From Bugula neritina (taxonomy: Eukaryota; Animalia; Bryozoa): a stretch of 64,000 bases of DNA. Under the pieces are notes generated by a model. The model was not told the DNA's origin, did no database searches, and saw only the letters and a list, made by a program, of their open reading frames with translations. Below, piece after piece: positions 51,901 through 64,000 of this stretch; positions within the stretch are counted from its first letter, which is position 1; each line of letters starts with the position of its first letter. The stretch covers positions 7,756,973-7,820,972 of the forward strand of contig OZ037770.1 in NCBI GenBank assembly GCA_964035545.1, written 5' to 3'. A program made the position numbers and the translations under genes.

Positions 51901-54900
51901 CTGGTTGAAGAAAAAATGGCTTTGCACATATAACAGTTATATTCATGAGTAAAACAAGAGTAAAATTCACAGACTCTGGTCTGAGCAGTATAGCAAAGTC
52001 ATAATAAAGTAGAGTTGTTACAATGGAAAATAATTTTATTTGTATATGTGAGGTAGAAGCATCGTGAGTGCATCAGAATTGCGTTAGTGACCAAGGAGAT
52101 TATGAATTGCTTAAGTGATTAAAAGTTGGTGGAGTAAGTTTTCCTTTCTGTTGAAGGTATAATTCTATTGATTTGAAGTAAATTTATTCACGGATAAGAC
52201 ACACTTCAAAGCTTAGGAGAATCCCGAAAGTTTAATATTGTTTGTAATTTGGTAATCTGTATTGATCAGTGTTACCTGCAGATACAATTACAAGGCTAAA
52301 TTGTGAACTAATTAATAGGCTCAATGGGCTCAAATAGACTGATGATTATCCTGTGTAGTAATGTTTCTACTTGAACTGCTGGTATCTGCACTTGTATGTC
52401 CGCAGAGCTGCGCAGAGCTAATAGATGAGCAGGCCGCTCTCTAATTCTATTTCAAGACTGAGTTTTCTTAGTTGAGATAAAAGAATAAATATCAAATGCA
52501 AAACAAAGAAAAAAGGTTTAAAATATCATTCTCTAGCTTCAAGCTTCACTAAAGTTATGGAATATTAACCAAGCACAATGACATTGCCAATTCTCATGCT
52601 AAACTTTTATTTCAAGATGCCACTATGAAAGTGGGGGGGGGGGGGAGAGGGACTTTTATCAAATTTAATACCAAATCAAAAAACTTTTTAACAAAAAAAA
52701 AACCAAACATGCTGGTGTTGATATTTTTACCATTACAACAGTTACAGTGAATTAAACTAGAGTTGGCTGAGGTAAGCAGTTGTGACCATGTAATAGATGT
52801 TTCTGATAGCTTATTAGTAATTGGAAGGTGGACACTTCCATCTACTTATTGCCTACGTGAGCTTCAAGTACGCTGGTAGTTATTCATAATAGACATTCTG
52901 ATTGTAAGCGAGCTGCCACTACTGTTGAATACATATTTTTATATTAACTTACTGTAAAATTACTTGTGGTAAAATATTTATCCACTGTAAACCCTAAAAT
53001 TGCTAATCGGAGCAATATGGCAAAAGGGCATCTTCTAGGCTGAATTAGACACTGAGATTTAGCAGAGAGATTGAGCAAGTTTCTATAAATGTATTTCATG
53101 TTGAGGTATTTGCTAGCTCACTGGTTGCTGGGCATTAGTCACGATTGTTTTGATAAAATCCTACATCAAACTTCAAATACTTGCAAAAACCCCATTTTTG
53201 TTGTGGCATATAGTGTCATCAGTGAGATTATGTTTAGCAGAGTTGATAATGTGCAATACAAGAAAGCTCAATTTGTACATGTGATACTTCCATCTATCCA
53301 CATGACTAACAATTACTAGAAAATATGGACTAGGCTAAACATAATACCAGTTTTAAAGGAAGCATTGCTCATATACAACTAATTACCCATGCATTCATGT
53401 ATATTGAAACCTTATAACAAAAAATTACATCTCATATAGGTTTTATGGACTTTAAAAACTTACTTGACATAAATTTCAGCTTGAAAATAATTTGATTTCC
53501 AAGCTGTTTTGCATTAACTTTTTATATGCATATGCGTATAACGTATATGTGTATGTATATATGTATACATTTATATGTATATGACTGTATGTGTGTATAT
53601 GTATATGTATACATTATATGTGTATATGTATACATTATATGTGTATATGTATACATTATATGTGTATATGTATACATTATATGTGTATGTGTATACATTA
53701 TATGTGTATGTGTATACATTATATGTGTATATGTATATGTACATATACATGCATATGTATGCTTAAAAATCCAGCTCAAAATTACAAAAATATTGGTTAA
53801 CAATTATCCGGAGAGAAACCTGACTTTTCTCACAAAAACCTGCTGTTAGACGCGGCAATGAGCGAAGAACATAAGCACGCAGTAACCCTGCTTGCAGTAA
53901 ACATATTTACTCTCAGTATGGCAGTACTCTAAAGAACTTCCTTTATCTTGTCATGTTTTTAAATAGCAGCAACATTACCAACAATTGCTCAGATTACTTT
54001 TTATATTAAACTACATAATGAATTATCTAGATGAGTGGTCACAAAAGCTTCATTAGCTTGATAGGATGATTCAAAGGAATGCAGAGCTAAATGATATGAT
54101 AAATATTACCACCCACTTTCCATTACGTAAAATTTAAGCTTGAGGAATTTCCCAAGCCTTCTGTCAACCAAGCAAAATTTCCAAGAGTATTCAATATTTC
54201 CTCCCACTAAATAACAACCACCAACATGACTGTTAAGCTAAAACCCCCTCTTTCCATTCCCATAAACCTGTTGATAACTGACAATAAGCACATTAGTTAC
54301 ACGTGAGTGCGGCATAGCATAGCAGGTGATTGCTGGTGTTTAGGGCAAATTCTGTATAACCTATAGAAAACAGATGGCTACCAAACAGTAAAGTATATTA
54401 AAACTTAGCCTTAGAGTACTAAACTACAAAGAATTCTGGTGTTTAGCCTACCTCGTGATTCTACACCGAATCCGGGATCACACGGACTGTGTTTAATACA
54501 ACCAATTGCATAGTCCCATTTGAGATAGTAGCCATCGATACAATCACAGAGAGTGTCTTCAACCAACGTGCAACTTTGCTTTACCTCCATGTTAATTTTG
54601 CAGTCATCAATAGTCTTGCAGGGCTGGCAGTTGATTTCTAAACTAAACCCCCACATGGAATTCATACACACAGAATGTCAGAATAGAAGAAATTCTAGTT
54701 GAGAAAGTGTTATAGAGCAGCTCCTTAGCGGGATAACTAATTTAGTTTAACAGTTGCAGTCTATGAGTAACACCATTGAAGTATTACAACTAGCAATCTT
54801 ACTGGATAAAAAGAATTGGGTAGAAGTAATTAACATTGCAGCTAGTAAAAACTATGGTATGCTGGTACACTTTCGAAAAACAAAAACAGCATACCTTAGG

Positions 54901-57734
54901 AATTATTACATACTTCAACCAGAACGCAGGCTGAAAAGAATTGATAAGTTGTGAACATGTAAGCTTTGTGCCTATATATTCTCATCAGAAGGAAACAGCT
55001 TTTATGCCATGTGATCACAACGCCACCTACTTAATACTCTCCCACTCAGTCACTTACTTGTTGCCCTTACTGAATGTTCCCTCAGTGCAGGGAATACAAG
55101 GTGATTGATGGGGGCACGGCAGTGCCCGTCTCATACCAGGCCCGGTGCAAGGTTGGCAGCTTCCATAGCTCCCATGGATAATACTTGATACTGTAGCAAT
55201 ATTGTAAAACATCATTAAATTTATTGCTTCTAAGGCATCAAAATAACTGCAGTGTTCATTTCACTTTAAGCCATTAATAAAAAAGAAAAAAAACACTCTT
55301 CATTCTCCCCAATTGAATAACTGTTGCAAAGCATTTTGTTGGGTTGTTGGTTCTATGCTTTTTAAAATATAGATTAAAACTGTAAAAACCAATGTATGAA
55401 AGCTGTTCTAAAACAATGTACACTATTCTTTCATATGTAATTCTGATAAGGAAGAGCACCATCACTGTTAGCTTTCAACGTTACTATAGATTAACAATTT
55501 GACTTGTATTTGTAAAGATGAGCTACAAATAAACCTTCCAAGATACAGATATAAATTACCACATTGGATTGGTTCGAGAAACTAAATGAAACAAACTGCA
55601 ATAATTAGTGCATGCCATTAAACACTAGGTTGGAAATACTGGAGAGGGGAAACATGAGAAATTAAATATAATCATTACTCATTGCATGCATTTTTTATAA
55701 TTCATAGAAAAGCCAAGCAGATAGATAAATGATGGAATACTAAAGGAATGAATTCCAAAATATCTGTGAAGTCTATTTCATAATCAAATTTCTAAAAGTT
55801 TATTTTCCAATACAAGGAAGTTGGAGTCATCATAATAATCACATTGAACTGTCAACACTAAGCACTGTCTTTAGTGCATGAGCAGCTTACAAGTTCTATA
55901 AAAATAAAATGTTAATAGTACATCAACTTACATAAATCGAAAATTAGCTTATGGTTTGAAAATACACAAGCAAATTTTAAACAATTTACCCATTGACTGA
56001 AGATTTGCTAAATTTATCACCCTATACACCTATTATTTACTATTTTCATATTGTATCAGTTGATGAATAGGGAGGTGGGTGGGCTGTTCAAACTGCTTTA
56101 GTAATAGAGACTGTCATTAGCAAATTAAGCTGTGAGAGGAAGAGGTCAGCTGCCCGTCAGCATACACTCACAACTACCAGTCTAGGCACACTTTGACGCC
56201 AGGTAAAATGACAGCCATTTTTAAAATGTCCTGGTTGAAGATCTCAAAGTTTGATATTGGGCAAGTTTTACGGCAACTCATTGTACATTGATCTCCAATG
56301 AGTTGATGTGAACGTCTCCTTGTTTTATAGGAGGCCAACGGAGTATTTTGAATCAAGCAGTTGTTGATCCTCGACGTAACGCAATGCCCAACGGTTCAGT
56401 TCAAACATTTTTAGAAATGGCTGCTATTCTACGTTGCCTCCAAATGTGCCCAGGCTGTACAAGTTGTAAAAAAACTTATAAACACCAGATAAAGGGAGCA
56501 GCAGCGACTTAGGGGTTAGAGCTCTGGCTTAGAAAACTAGAGGTGATGAGAAGTGTTGACTTTGAGTTTTCTTTCCAATGATACGAGTAATCTCCTTATA
56601 ACTACACCTCCCCACCCCTTGTATTTTCAGTTGATTAAACTGGGACTAGAAGCCATTAAACGTATCAAACTTTTACTAGCTGCCTGTGTCTTTAACCTTT
56701 AGCCTATGTTAATAGATTGATGGGCACGGAAAATTTTAATGCAGTGTTTTGTTTCATAACCTACCTATAGAGGGCTAGATCAACTAGGTAGTTATGAAAA
56801 TCAGGACTGCCATAGCATGCAATATATCATCAAGTTTATGAAACTCCAATTGCAAATCATGGTTTATTTAAGGGAGGGTCTTAAAATAATATATGTGTAT
56901 ATATATACACCAAGTTATTAGTGTGGGCATATGCATAACTGCAGGGAAAACAAAGAAACACACTTCCTGTCCGCACACAAGGAACAATCATTGCAAAGAC
57001 TACCTAGATAAAGCTGCATTCATGTATCAACAAAATTAAATCTTAAAAAAAATAGCTTCACAAAATAACTAGTTAGTTCTACCTAGAAACTAATAAAAAC
57101 CCCAAATTTTAGCTTAAAAATTGAAAAACTAAAAAAACATTTTGAAGAGCTCTGGGAATACCCACCTTACAGATTTAGGTTTTTCAGTTTAAGCTGTTGA
57201 GATAAAAATTGAGAAAAAATACTACTTGAAATTCAAATGAAATAGTTATTATACTCGTATTAGATAACTCAATAACTAAATTCACACCAATACTGTAATT
57301 AGTTATGGTTCAATAAATAAATATTCAAGAGTATTGCCACAGTCACTCTACATAATATTATATTACTCTTTAAATATAAGAACTTCCGTACTGCACACAT
57401 GATGTGGTATCAGTTGCTTCAAGGAAAAACTAAAAATTTGAATGACTTTGAGTCATGGCAAGTCAGACACAAAGTCTCCTGTCAGAATATCAGCTTACAT
57501 AATTATATTTACTATGATTATGACACCTAACATATTAGGTATCATCAGCTTCTTTAATTAAATGCATTTTTCTACCCTATATAAAGAAACACAAAAGATG
57601 GCCTAAAAATATGCAATTGGCTGTTTACAAAAAGAGACAATGTTAGAGTTCACGTAAGTATAACATTCTTTCTAGATTATGTACGTAGTTTGTCACTCAC
57701 CAGCTAGGAGATAGAACACCGAGTCTTGACACAT
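45982..57734 (-). CDS. TNF receptor superfamily member (CD40/TNFRSF5-like architecture), ~307 aa, no death domain
   Basis: Exons 57701-57734 (signal-peptide-like MCQDSVFYLLAV), 55058-55190, 54452-54642, 48855-49007, 48433-48566 (TM IIILWVAIPLVATVTAIVIIVILC, then RRRK), 48049-48118, 47313-47369, 45982-46133 (924 nt). About four TNFR Cys-rich domains (CIPCTEGTFS; CDCIDGYY; CIKHSPCDPGFGV; CKACPVGTFSN..S..EPCIPHTVC). The three cytoplasmic exons are supported by splice signals and phase only. Confidence 0.85.
47487..47797. repeat. 17-bp minisatellite (TAGTAGTGATACTATAC), ~18 copies, in a TNFR intron
   Basis: Visible period. Confidence 0.96.
53522..53762. repeat. (TA/TG)-rich 21-bp minisatellite (TATACATTATATGTGTATATG) in a TNFR intron
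   Basis: Visible period with degenerate flanks. Confidence 0.9.
56178..56457. mobile_element. MITE with ~50-bp imperfect TIRs (CAG termini)
   Basis: Left end CAGTCTAGGCACACTTTGACGCCAGGTAAAATGACAGCCATTTTTAAAATGT; the right end reverse-complements to CAGCCTGGGCACATTTGGAGGCAACGTAGAATAGCAGCCATTTCTAAAAATGT. Confidence 0.75.
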
Positions 57735-57800
57735 GAGGCTGTAAGTGGAGTACAGATTCAGCTACAAATACACAACATAGACTACAACATTACCTTAAAC

Positions 57801-58145
57801 TGTCCAACAGGCGGCCCCAGCACTGGATATAACCCCCAGCCTATATTTATGTGGCCCTCGAAAACAGAAAAGCTAAAGCTAAAATTAGTTTTGCACAGTA
57901 TACATGAATTAGAGTGAAACACTACCTTTTAGATATTTTATTTCTAAACATGCTACAAAGCATGCAGCCTGACGTAACTATTGGAACTTATTTGTGTAAT
58001 GATTCATAAAGTTTTGGAATAAAGTAATATTTAACAAATACTGATGCTTTACCCCTATCACATCAAACTAAAGCTTACAATGTGGCTCTCATCACGCAAT
58101 ATTTCCCTTCAGTAGCCCTTGGTCTGAAAAGGTTGGACACCCCTG
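57801..58145 (+). mobile_element. MITE family A copy, left TIR tip missing
   Basis: TGTCCAACAGGCGGCCCC...GGTTGGACACCCCTG, flanked by CCTTAAAC / GCTTAAAC (7/8 TSD match). Confidence 0.8.
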
Positions 58146-61099
58146 GCTTAAACATTTATAGTTGGTGACCTGTCATTTTAGAATTTAGTGTGTATTAATG
58201 ACATAGAATTGTAGGGACAGCTCTAAAACCTATTGGTTATTAAAATAAGCAAAATTGCAGAAATTTTATTTGTAACCAAAAGTGTTTTAAACACTGGTGG
58301 CTGCAATTAGGTGATAACTCATAATAATGGTTTAGTGAGAGCGTTTCATTTTGGTGTCACACAGTACTGCATGGGCAGCCTATGAAAGCTTTTACGAATA
58401 TAGCAGTTGTCAACAGACACCAACAATTGATTAGGATTATTGATGTTTGATTATTCAGTACAGCATTGTTGAGTTTTGAAAGACTCAATCTTTCAAATAT
58501 GCATTACTTTCTCACGCCTGATCTGGGATGAAAAGATTAGCCAAATGTTGTGCAGCCTTATATGTAAAAATGGTAGATAATTGCTTACAATTTGAGACAT
58601 CTTTCCTTCATTGCATAATTGTTCATTGTGGTGTTATTACTATGATCAAAAGACCTAGACTGATGAAAACTAAAAGTGCTAGTTGGAACCTAAAGTTAGA
58701 TGCTAATTCCAAGTTTTTATTATGGCTTAAATTCTAAGATTTTTAGTCTCCTAACAAAACCACCCCTGACTTTAGACTATAGAAAAAAAGGATAACATAG
58801 TAATTTGTATAAATACTGATTCTACTTAACTGACAAGCCTAGCGATCACTTTGGACTACATTAAAATCTAATAGAATTTGAAAAGACTTTTAATGTTGTA
58901 CTACAGAAGATCAATTACAAATTATAAGCATTATTTGCATTTGAAAACTACTATTCAATGCTGATCGACACCCTTTATATTATATATCAATAAACAAAAC
59001 ATAAACATTGAATAAAAAGGAAATTCGGGTTTCCTGCTTCAATTTAACACCTATTATGAAAATGCTTGGACAGCATATAACTTATAGCATAATACGTCTC
59101 ATAATATTGATTTGCAAATCGGCTGTTGGAAACTTATTGTGATAATTCACATGTTGCCATTATTTATTGTGAGTTACCAACCACATGCGCCAGCACTTCA
59201 TTTACCAATAAAAGCTATATCAGAATGTAATGCAATGAAATTTGTGTAAAAATGGTGAGTGAAAATAACACCTTACACAGAGCGCATTATACTTGGGAAA
59301 ACCAGTTCGTTATGCCCACACACAACTATGTAGAAAAATGTTTACAAGTGGAGATGCTAAAAGTGTATAGGGCACAGATGCAGCAAAAATTAAGTAAAAT
59401 CTATTAATTTTATTCCTAATACATACAGGGATATTGTTCAAATATTGTATATCTACTGCTTAAAATTGTAAGCTTCTAATAATTAATTAGAAAAAAAGGG
59501 CTAATCATGCAATTAATGAGTGACTCTTGCAGTGGTTTGTTAAAGTATTTTATATTTGAAGGAAAATGTAATGACTGCTTGCAGGTGTATATATATAAGT
59601 GCTGTATTACGTCATTCAAGCATCTTTAGTTATATATTCTTTTGAGCCGCTACCTCAATGATCAAAGGTAGAGCACCAACTTTGGTAAGAAAAATCTATA
59701 GGAAAGTCATTGTTTATACTGTTATCGCCTATGCATTATTGATTGAAAACATGTTGCCTTATTTACATTTACTTAATTATAGCTTAGTCCATAATGCAAT
59801 GAATTAATAGCTTATTTTATGTCATAAAAACAGTTTCCTTCAGTTTCGTTTTTGTTAACATTTAAGCTTAGATTAAAATAATTCTTAATATTCTCATCAT
59901 AACTCATTTTGTGAGACTAACAATAAAAGCATGGCTTTCAAAGCAGGCAAGTACAAAAAAAGTCAATTATAGAGTAAATAAAAATACATTAAGTAGTTTA
60001 GCCTTTTTAGTGTAGGAAACGAAAGTAGTAACATAGGAATGAATATCAAAAAATCTCTGAGTAATAATTATAGTTGCTAACAACACCAATATTATTTTGG
60101 GTTATTGATTATTAATTACATGGACATAAAGCTGTAAATAAATGGTTATTGGTATTATAAGTATTCATAATTATTACAGTAAAAATAACTATTATTACTG
60201 CTAAATTCAGTTGTCACTATAAGTATAAGTACAAGTATATATTATTTGCAAAGTTAAATCATGTTCATCTTTACAAATTTGTACCTTCAAAAGTCTAAGA
60301 CATAAAATGAAAAAAAACTATTCAAGTGATTAACATTATTACTATTATAATTTTACTGTGGTGATCACTGACTATGATGATAATGATTATCACTACATTA
60401 TTCTTAATTATTATTAAAAACAAAAAGTAGTATCACCAAATCTAACATAACTATAATTATAAGTATTTCGGTTACACACACTGTTACAAATAGTCTTGTA
60501 GTTTTATAATAATTAGCTGGCATTGCCTACTTTCATGCTTAGAGTTAGTTAGTACAGCTGTACAAGTTTAAATATTTAGCCTTATTAGTTATATTATTTT
60601 AATTTAATTTAGTTAATATAAGCTCCAGTATTTATATTAACGCGATCAGACTATGATTAACTCATTATGAATAATCACAATTCATATTAAACTTAATATT
60701 ATACCAAATAGATAATTTTATATAGTCAAATATAATCCTAATATTAAAGATTAGGAATGATCATACTCAAAAATACACTGATCCACATAAAACTAAGAGT
60801 AAGTAACTTTGTTATAGTTTATACTTATAGTGATAGTGACAGTGATAGGCCTCTGCCTAAGATCAGAGTGAGTAGTCAAACTGATATAATATTACTAACT
60901 TATACTTGTAATGAATAAGTATAACTATAAGTATAAGACTTTAACTAATACTAATACTAAGTCTTAGTCTAATACTAATAGCATACTAATAGTAATACTA
61001 ATACGAATAGTAATAACTCTAACTTCAACTTCAAGTTCAAGTGTAACTAGACCTAATACTTGAAAGAATCTAAATTTGTTTACACAAACTTACTAATAG

Positions 61100-62108
61100 C
61101 TGTTATAGTAAATGCAGAGTGAGAAACCTCAGCGTAATATTTAGAATATATTGATAAGTGTTCACCTCTATAAACTTTCACTTGAAGAGAGAAACTGAAC
61201 GTTGCATTTGACTTTTTGTCTGCTGAGACTTGAGCAAACGGGTTTGTAACAAAATTTGAACCTACTTTCATTGGTTAATACTAGTCTAACATGAACCAAT
61301 AAAGTGTACGTACTTATTCACCCGACCCGACTCCAATGAAAATATACGGACTTGACCGCTAACTCTAGCAATTGTCTATATTGAATTGCTTTATGAGCAG
61401 CACCGAGTTGGGGTTGACTGAGTGCAGCGATGTGCGTTATCGCGTTTAAAATTGAGGTTTTAACTGAGACTCATAACTCTAAACTTCAAATTACTGCACC
61501 AAATCACCCCCAACTTGAGGCTGCTTATAGAATAATTTGTATTAACAAATATGACTATGACACATGCATTGAGCCAAGGGTATGTACATCACTCTGGTAT
61601 TGAACATCAATAGAACATGATATGATATTAGAGTTATCTTCCTTGATATTTCTACTGTCTCCCTGACGAGTTATCAAATGAGATAACTCTTAAAAAATAA
61701 AGATGTTGATGAAACTATAATATAAAGAAACGTTTGAACGTGGTCCGCTGAACTGGATAGCTGATTCAAAGCACTAAACTCAAACTCTTTTCCAGTTCAA
61801 TGATTCAAAGGGTGTTGAAAAGTATTTCGAACGTTTACATATGACAATCTCTTTGGTTTGGTGGCTAAAATGTCTTGAAGTCCCCCCGATAATTAATTTG
61901 AGCAATAATCAACATCGAGGAACAAGGCTACATCTAGAAAAATCAGTTTTGTAGCTGGATTTTCCTGTAAAGTATTTTTTCCCTTTCTCCCTGTTTGCGT
62001 TTCTACTCTCCACCTTTTGATAGGATTTAAAACTATTACCATTATTATTGATATTTAGACCACACTATATTTATAAATTGTCTTTTCTTAACGAACATAC
62101 AAATAAAA
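61100..62108. promoter_or_regulatory. Inferred promoter region of CDC37, possibly bidirectional with the TNFR gene
   Basis: Head-to-head gene arrangement, a locally CpG-richer patch, and hexamer-periodic tracts on both sides. The TNFR first exon was not located. Confidence 0.4.
61384..61537. mobile_element. Short palindromic element (family C) between the TNFR and CDC37 5' ends
   Basis: ATTGCTTTATGAGCAGCACCGAGTTGGGGTTGACTGAGTGCAG ... CTGCACCAAATCACCCCCAACTTGAGGCTGCTTATAGAATAAT inverted arms. Confidence 0.65.
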
Positions 62109-63489
62109 ATGCCTATTGACTATAGCAAATGGAATAATATCGAGGTAAGTTGAAGTTTAACTCTTTAAGATCAAGTTCATAATATTTATAATTTAATATT
62201 TATTTTTCATAATAGTTATTAATATTATATTTATAATATTAATAATAACCACAACGATAGTCATAAGGATAACATTAACTATATTCATAACTACAAGTAC
62301 AATCATTATGAGACCGAAGGTGAATGTGAATATGAGCTAAACATTAATATCCGAACTCAACTTTTGTAAATTTAATTTTTAAATAAAATTGAAACATAAC
62401 GTCATTACGATGAGTATGATGAATAACAATTTCAAGTATATGCAATAATAATATCAATTTTATCGTGAAGTAATAAAATTTAATAGCAGGCCAGGGTATA
62501 AGTATAACTCATTACACCTCAAATTTCAAACTGACAATGAGAACTAGTATTACAGTTACTCGACCATAAAAATAAAAAATACCACAAAGTTTAACTTTAA
62601 GTTACATTAAAAATTAAAATGCTGTTAATTTTTTTGACAGTAATAACCTTCAAAATGTCATTTATTTGAACTTTATTCAGCAGCAGACTTAATCTTATGA
62701 TGCATGTTTAGTAGGCAAAACTTAAAAAAAGTTTCACCTGTTATGATTCAATTCAATTTAATTTGATGTTCAAAGAAGTGTTTTGATAAGCAACAGTAAT
62801 TATCCTTTTCTGGTAAATACTGAATTTCTGCTTTTAGTACTACTAGCACTATCCAATTGTACTTTAATTTTGTCAGCAAAACATATCTGAGAATAGAATG
62901 CGCTTTAAACACTAGAAATATACATCTGCAGATATCAGATGATGAGGATGATCAACATCCCAATATCGACACTGCTAGTCTCAACAAATGGCGTCATGAA
63001 GCTAGAGTGCAAAGAATGACAGAGGCACAAGCAGAGAAAGACAAGCTTGCCCGGGAGCGCACAGAGTATCTTCTTGTTTCCTTTTGACTTATTTTTTTAT
63101 TTTAATTTTGTCTCTTTGTTTGACTGTAACAAATTAGCTTAGTAAATGATAAATCGTGTTTTTAAATATTTAAATTAGTACGTATGAAATGTAGCTGTTC
63201 AAATCATTAAGTTGTGTTTGAGAAAATTTTACGATCTAATACATGTCTATTGCTGTACATTCTAGTTATCTGAATTTTGTTCATTAAGCTTCCATTATCA
63301 ATTTATTTGCAAAAAATATAGTCATCGATTTTTGCTTAATTGTTAATCATAACGATTAACATGTAGTATCAAATAATAACCATAGGCAATTTTTACTGTA
63401 TTGTTGTTATTTTTTTATACACATAATTTATTTTTTTCAGACATCAACAAAAGCTATCAGCAGTCAAAGAAAAGCTGAAAGCAGTTGAT
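62109..63489 (+). CDS. CDC37: Hsp90 co-chaperone CDC37, first three coding exons (gene continues beyond the window)
   Basis: Exons 62109-62144, 62932-63065 and 63441-63489 give [41 protein letters not shown], the conserved CDC37 N-terminus including the CK2 site SDDED. Confidence 0.95.
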
Positions 63490-63589
63490 GTAAGTATTAC
63501 ATTCCATAAGTTAATAAAGTATTGTATTTTACTTATCAAATATCACAGTACTTTCTTATGAATAAATACTTATGGGATAGTTTTTACTG

Positions 63590-63922
63590 AGCACTGCACA
63601 CTGAGCACTACACACTTGTTACTACACACTTGTTACTACACACTTGGTACTACACACTTGGTACTACACACTGAGTACTACACACTTGTTACTACACACT
63701 TGGTACTACACACTGAGTACTACATACTACACACTTATTACTACACACTTGTTACTACACACTTGGTACTACACACTTGGTACTACACACTTGGTACTAC
63801 ACACTTGTTACTACACACTTGTTACTACACACTTGTTACTACACACTTGTTACTACACACTTGGTACTACACACTTGTTACTACACACTTGGTACTACAC
63901 ACTTGTTACTACACACTTGTCA
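63590..63922. repeat. 14-bp minisatellite (CTACACACTTG[T/G]TA) in CDC37 intron 3
   Basis: Visible period. Confidence 0.95.
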
Positions 63923-63930
63923 CTAGAGTC

Positions 63931-64000
63931 TAGGGGTGTCCAACCTTTTCAAAGCGAGGGCCACTGAAAGGGAATATTTCATTTAGGGCCACATTATAGA
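63931..64000 (-). mobile_element. MITE family A copy, truncated by the window end
   Basis: TAGGGGTGTCCAACCTTTTCA... is the reverse complement of the family A right end. Confidence 0.78.

Noticed and set aside
50180-52650. Isolated poly-G runs at ~50180 and ~52633
   Set aside because: They are on the same strand with no inverted partner or other structure; ordinary homopolymers.
7446-63967. Track ORFs over the arrays at 7.7, 8.9, 17.3, 21, 23.5, 29.4, 30.4, 41, 53.6 and 63.7 kb
   Set aside because: Their periodic, low-complexity parts are translations of tandem repeats; only the portions overlapping the listed exons are real coding sequence.

Overview
AT-rich, intron-rich metazoan (invertebrate-type) genomic DNA, not prokaryotic. 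I assembled six spliced protein-coding genes by hand from GT-AG boundaries with consistent phases. (1) An MS4A/CD20-like tetraspan membrane protein with a GYPQQ-repeat tail (-, 4557-8846). (2) An orphan single-pass type III membrane protein with a Tyr/PPxY-rich tail (+, 16564-18523). (3) A C3orf33 orthologue (-, 19210-23261). (4) SMG8 (-, 28658-42478, 16 coding exons). (5) A CD40-like TNF-receptor-superfamily member with no death domain (-, 45982-57734). (6) The 5' part of CDC37 (+, from 62109, cut by the window end). Most long ORFs in the supplied track are artefacts of intronic minisatellites. Mobile DNA includes a hAT deletion derivative with a perfect 8-bp TSD and nested MITEs, an AcademX-like remnant, an RTE LINE fragment, tRNA-derived SINEs, solo-LTR-like units and several MITE families. 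Three signals stand out. (a) Many introns are filled almost end to end by their own minisatellite; one is built from the 3' splice-site sequence and has branch-point-like variants only in its last units. (b) Sequence-diverse tracts with a TpA step every 6 bp lie just downstream of most inferred transcription starts. (c) A candidate LAT-like transmembrane adaptor lies in the same window as the MS4A and TNFR genes. All calls are manual readings; no database searches or computations were run.
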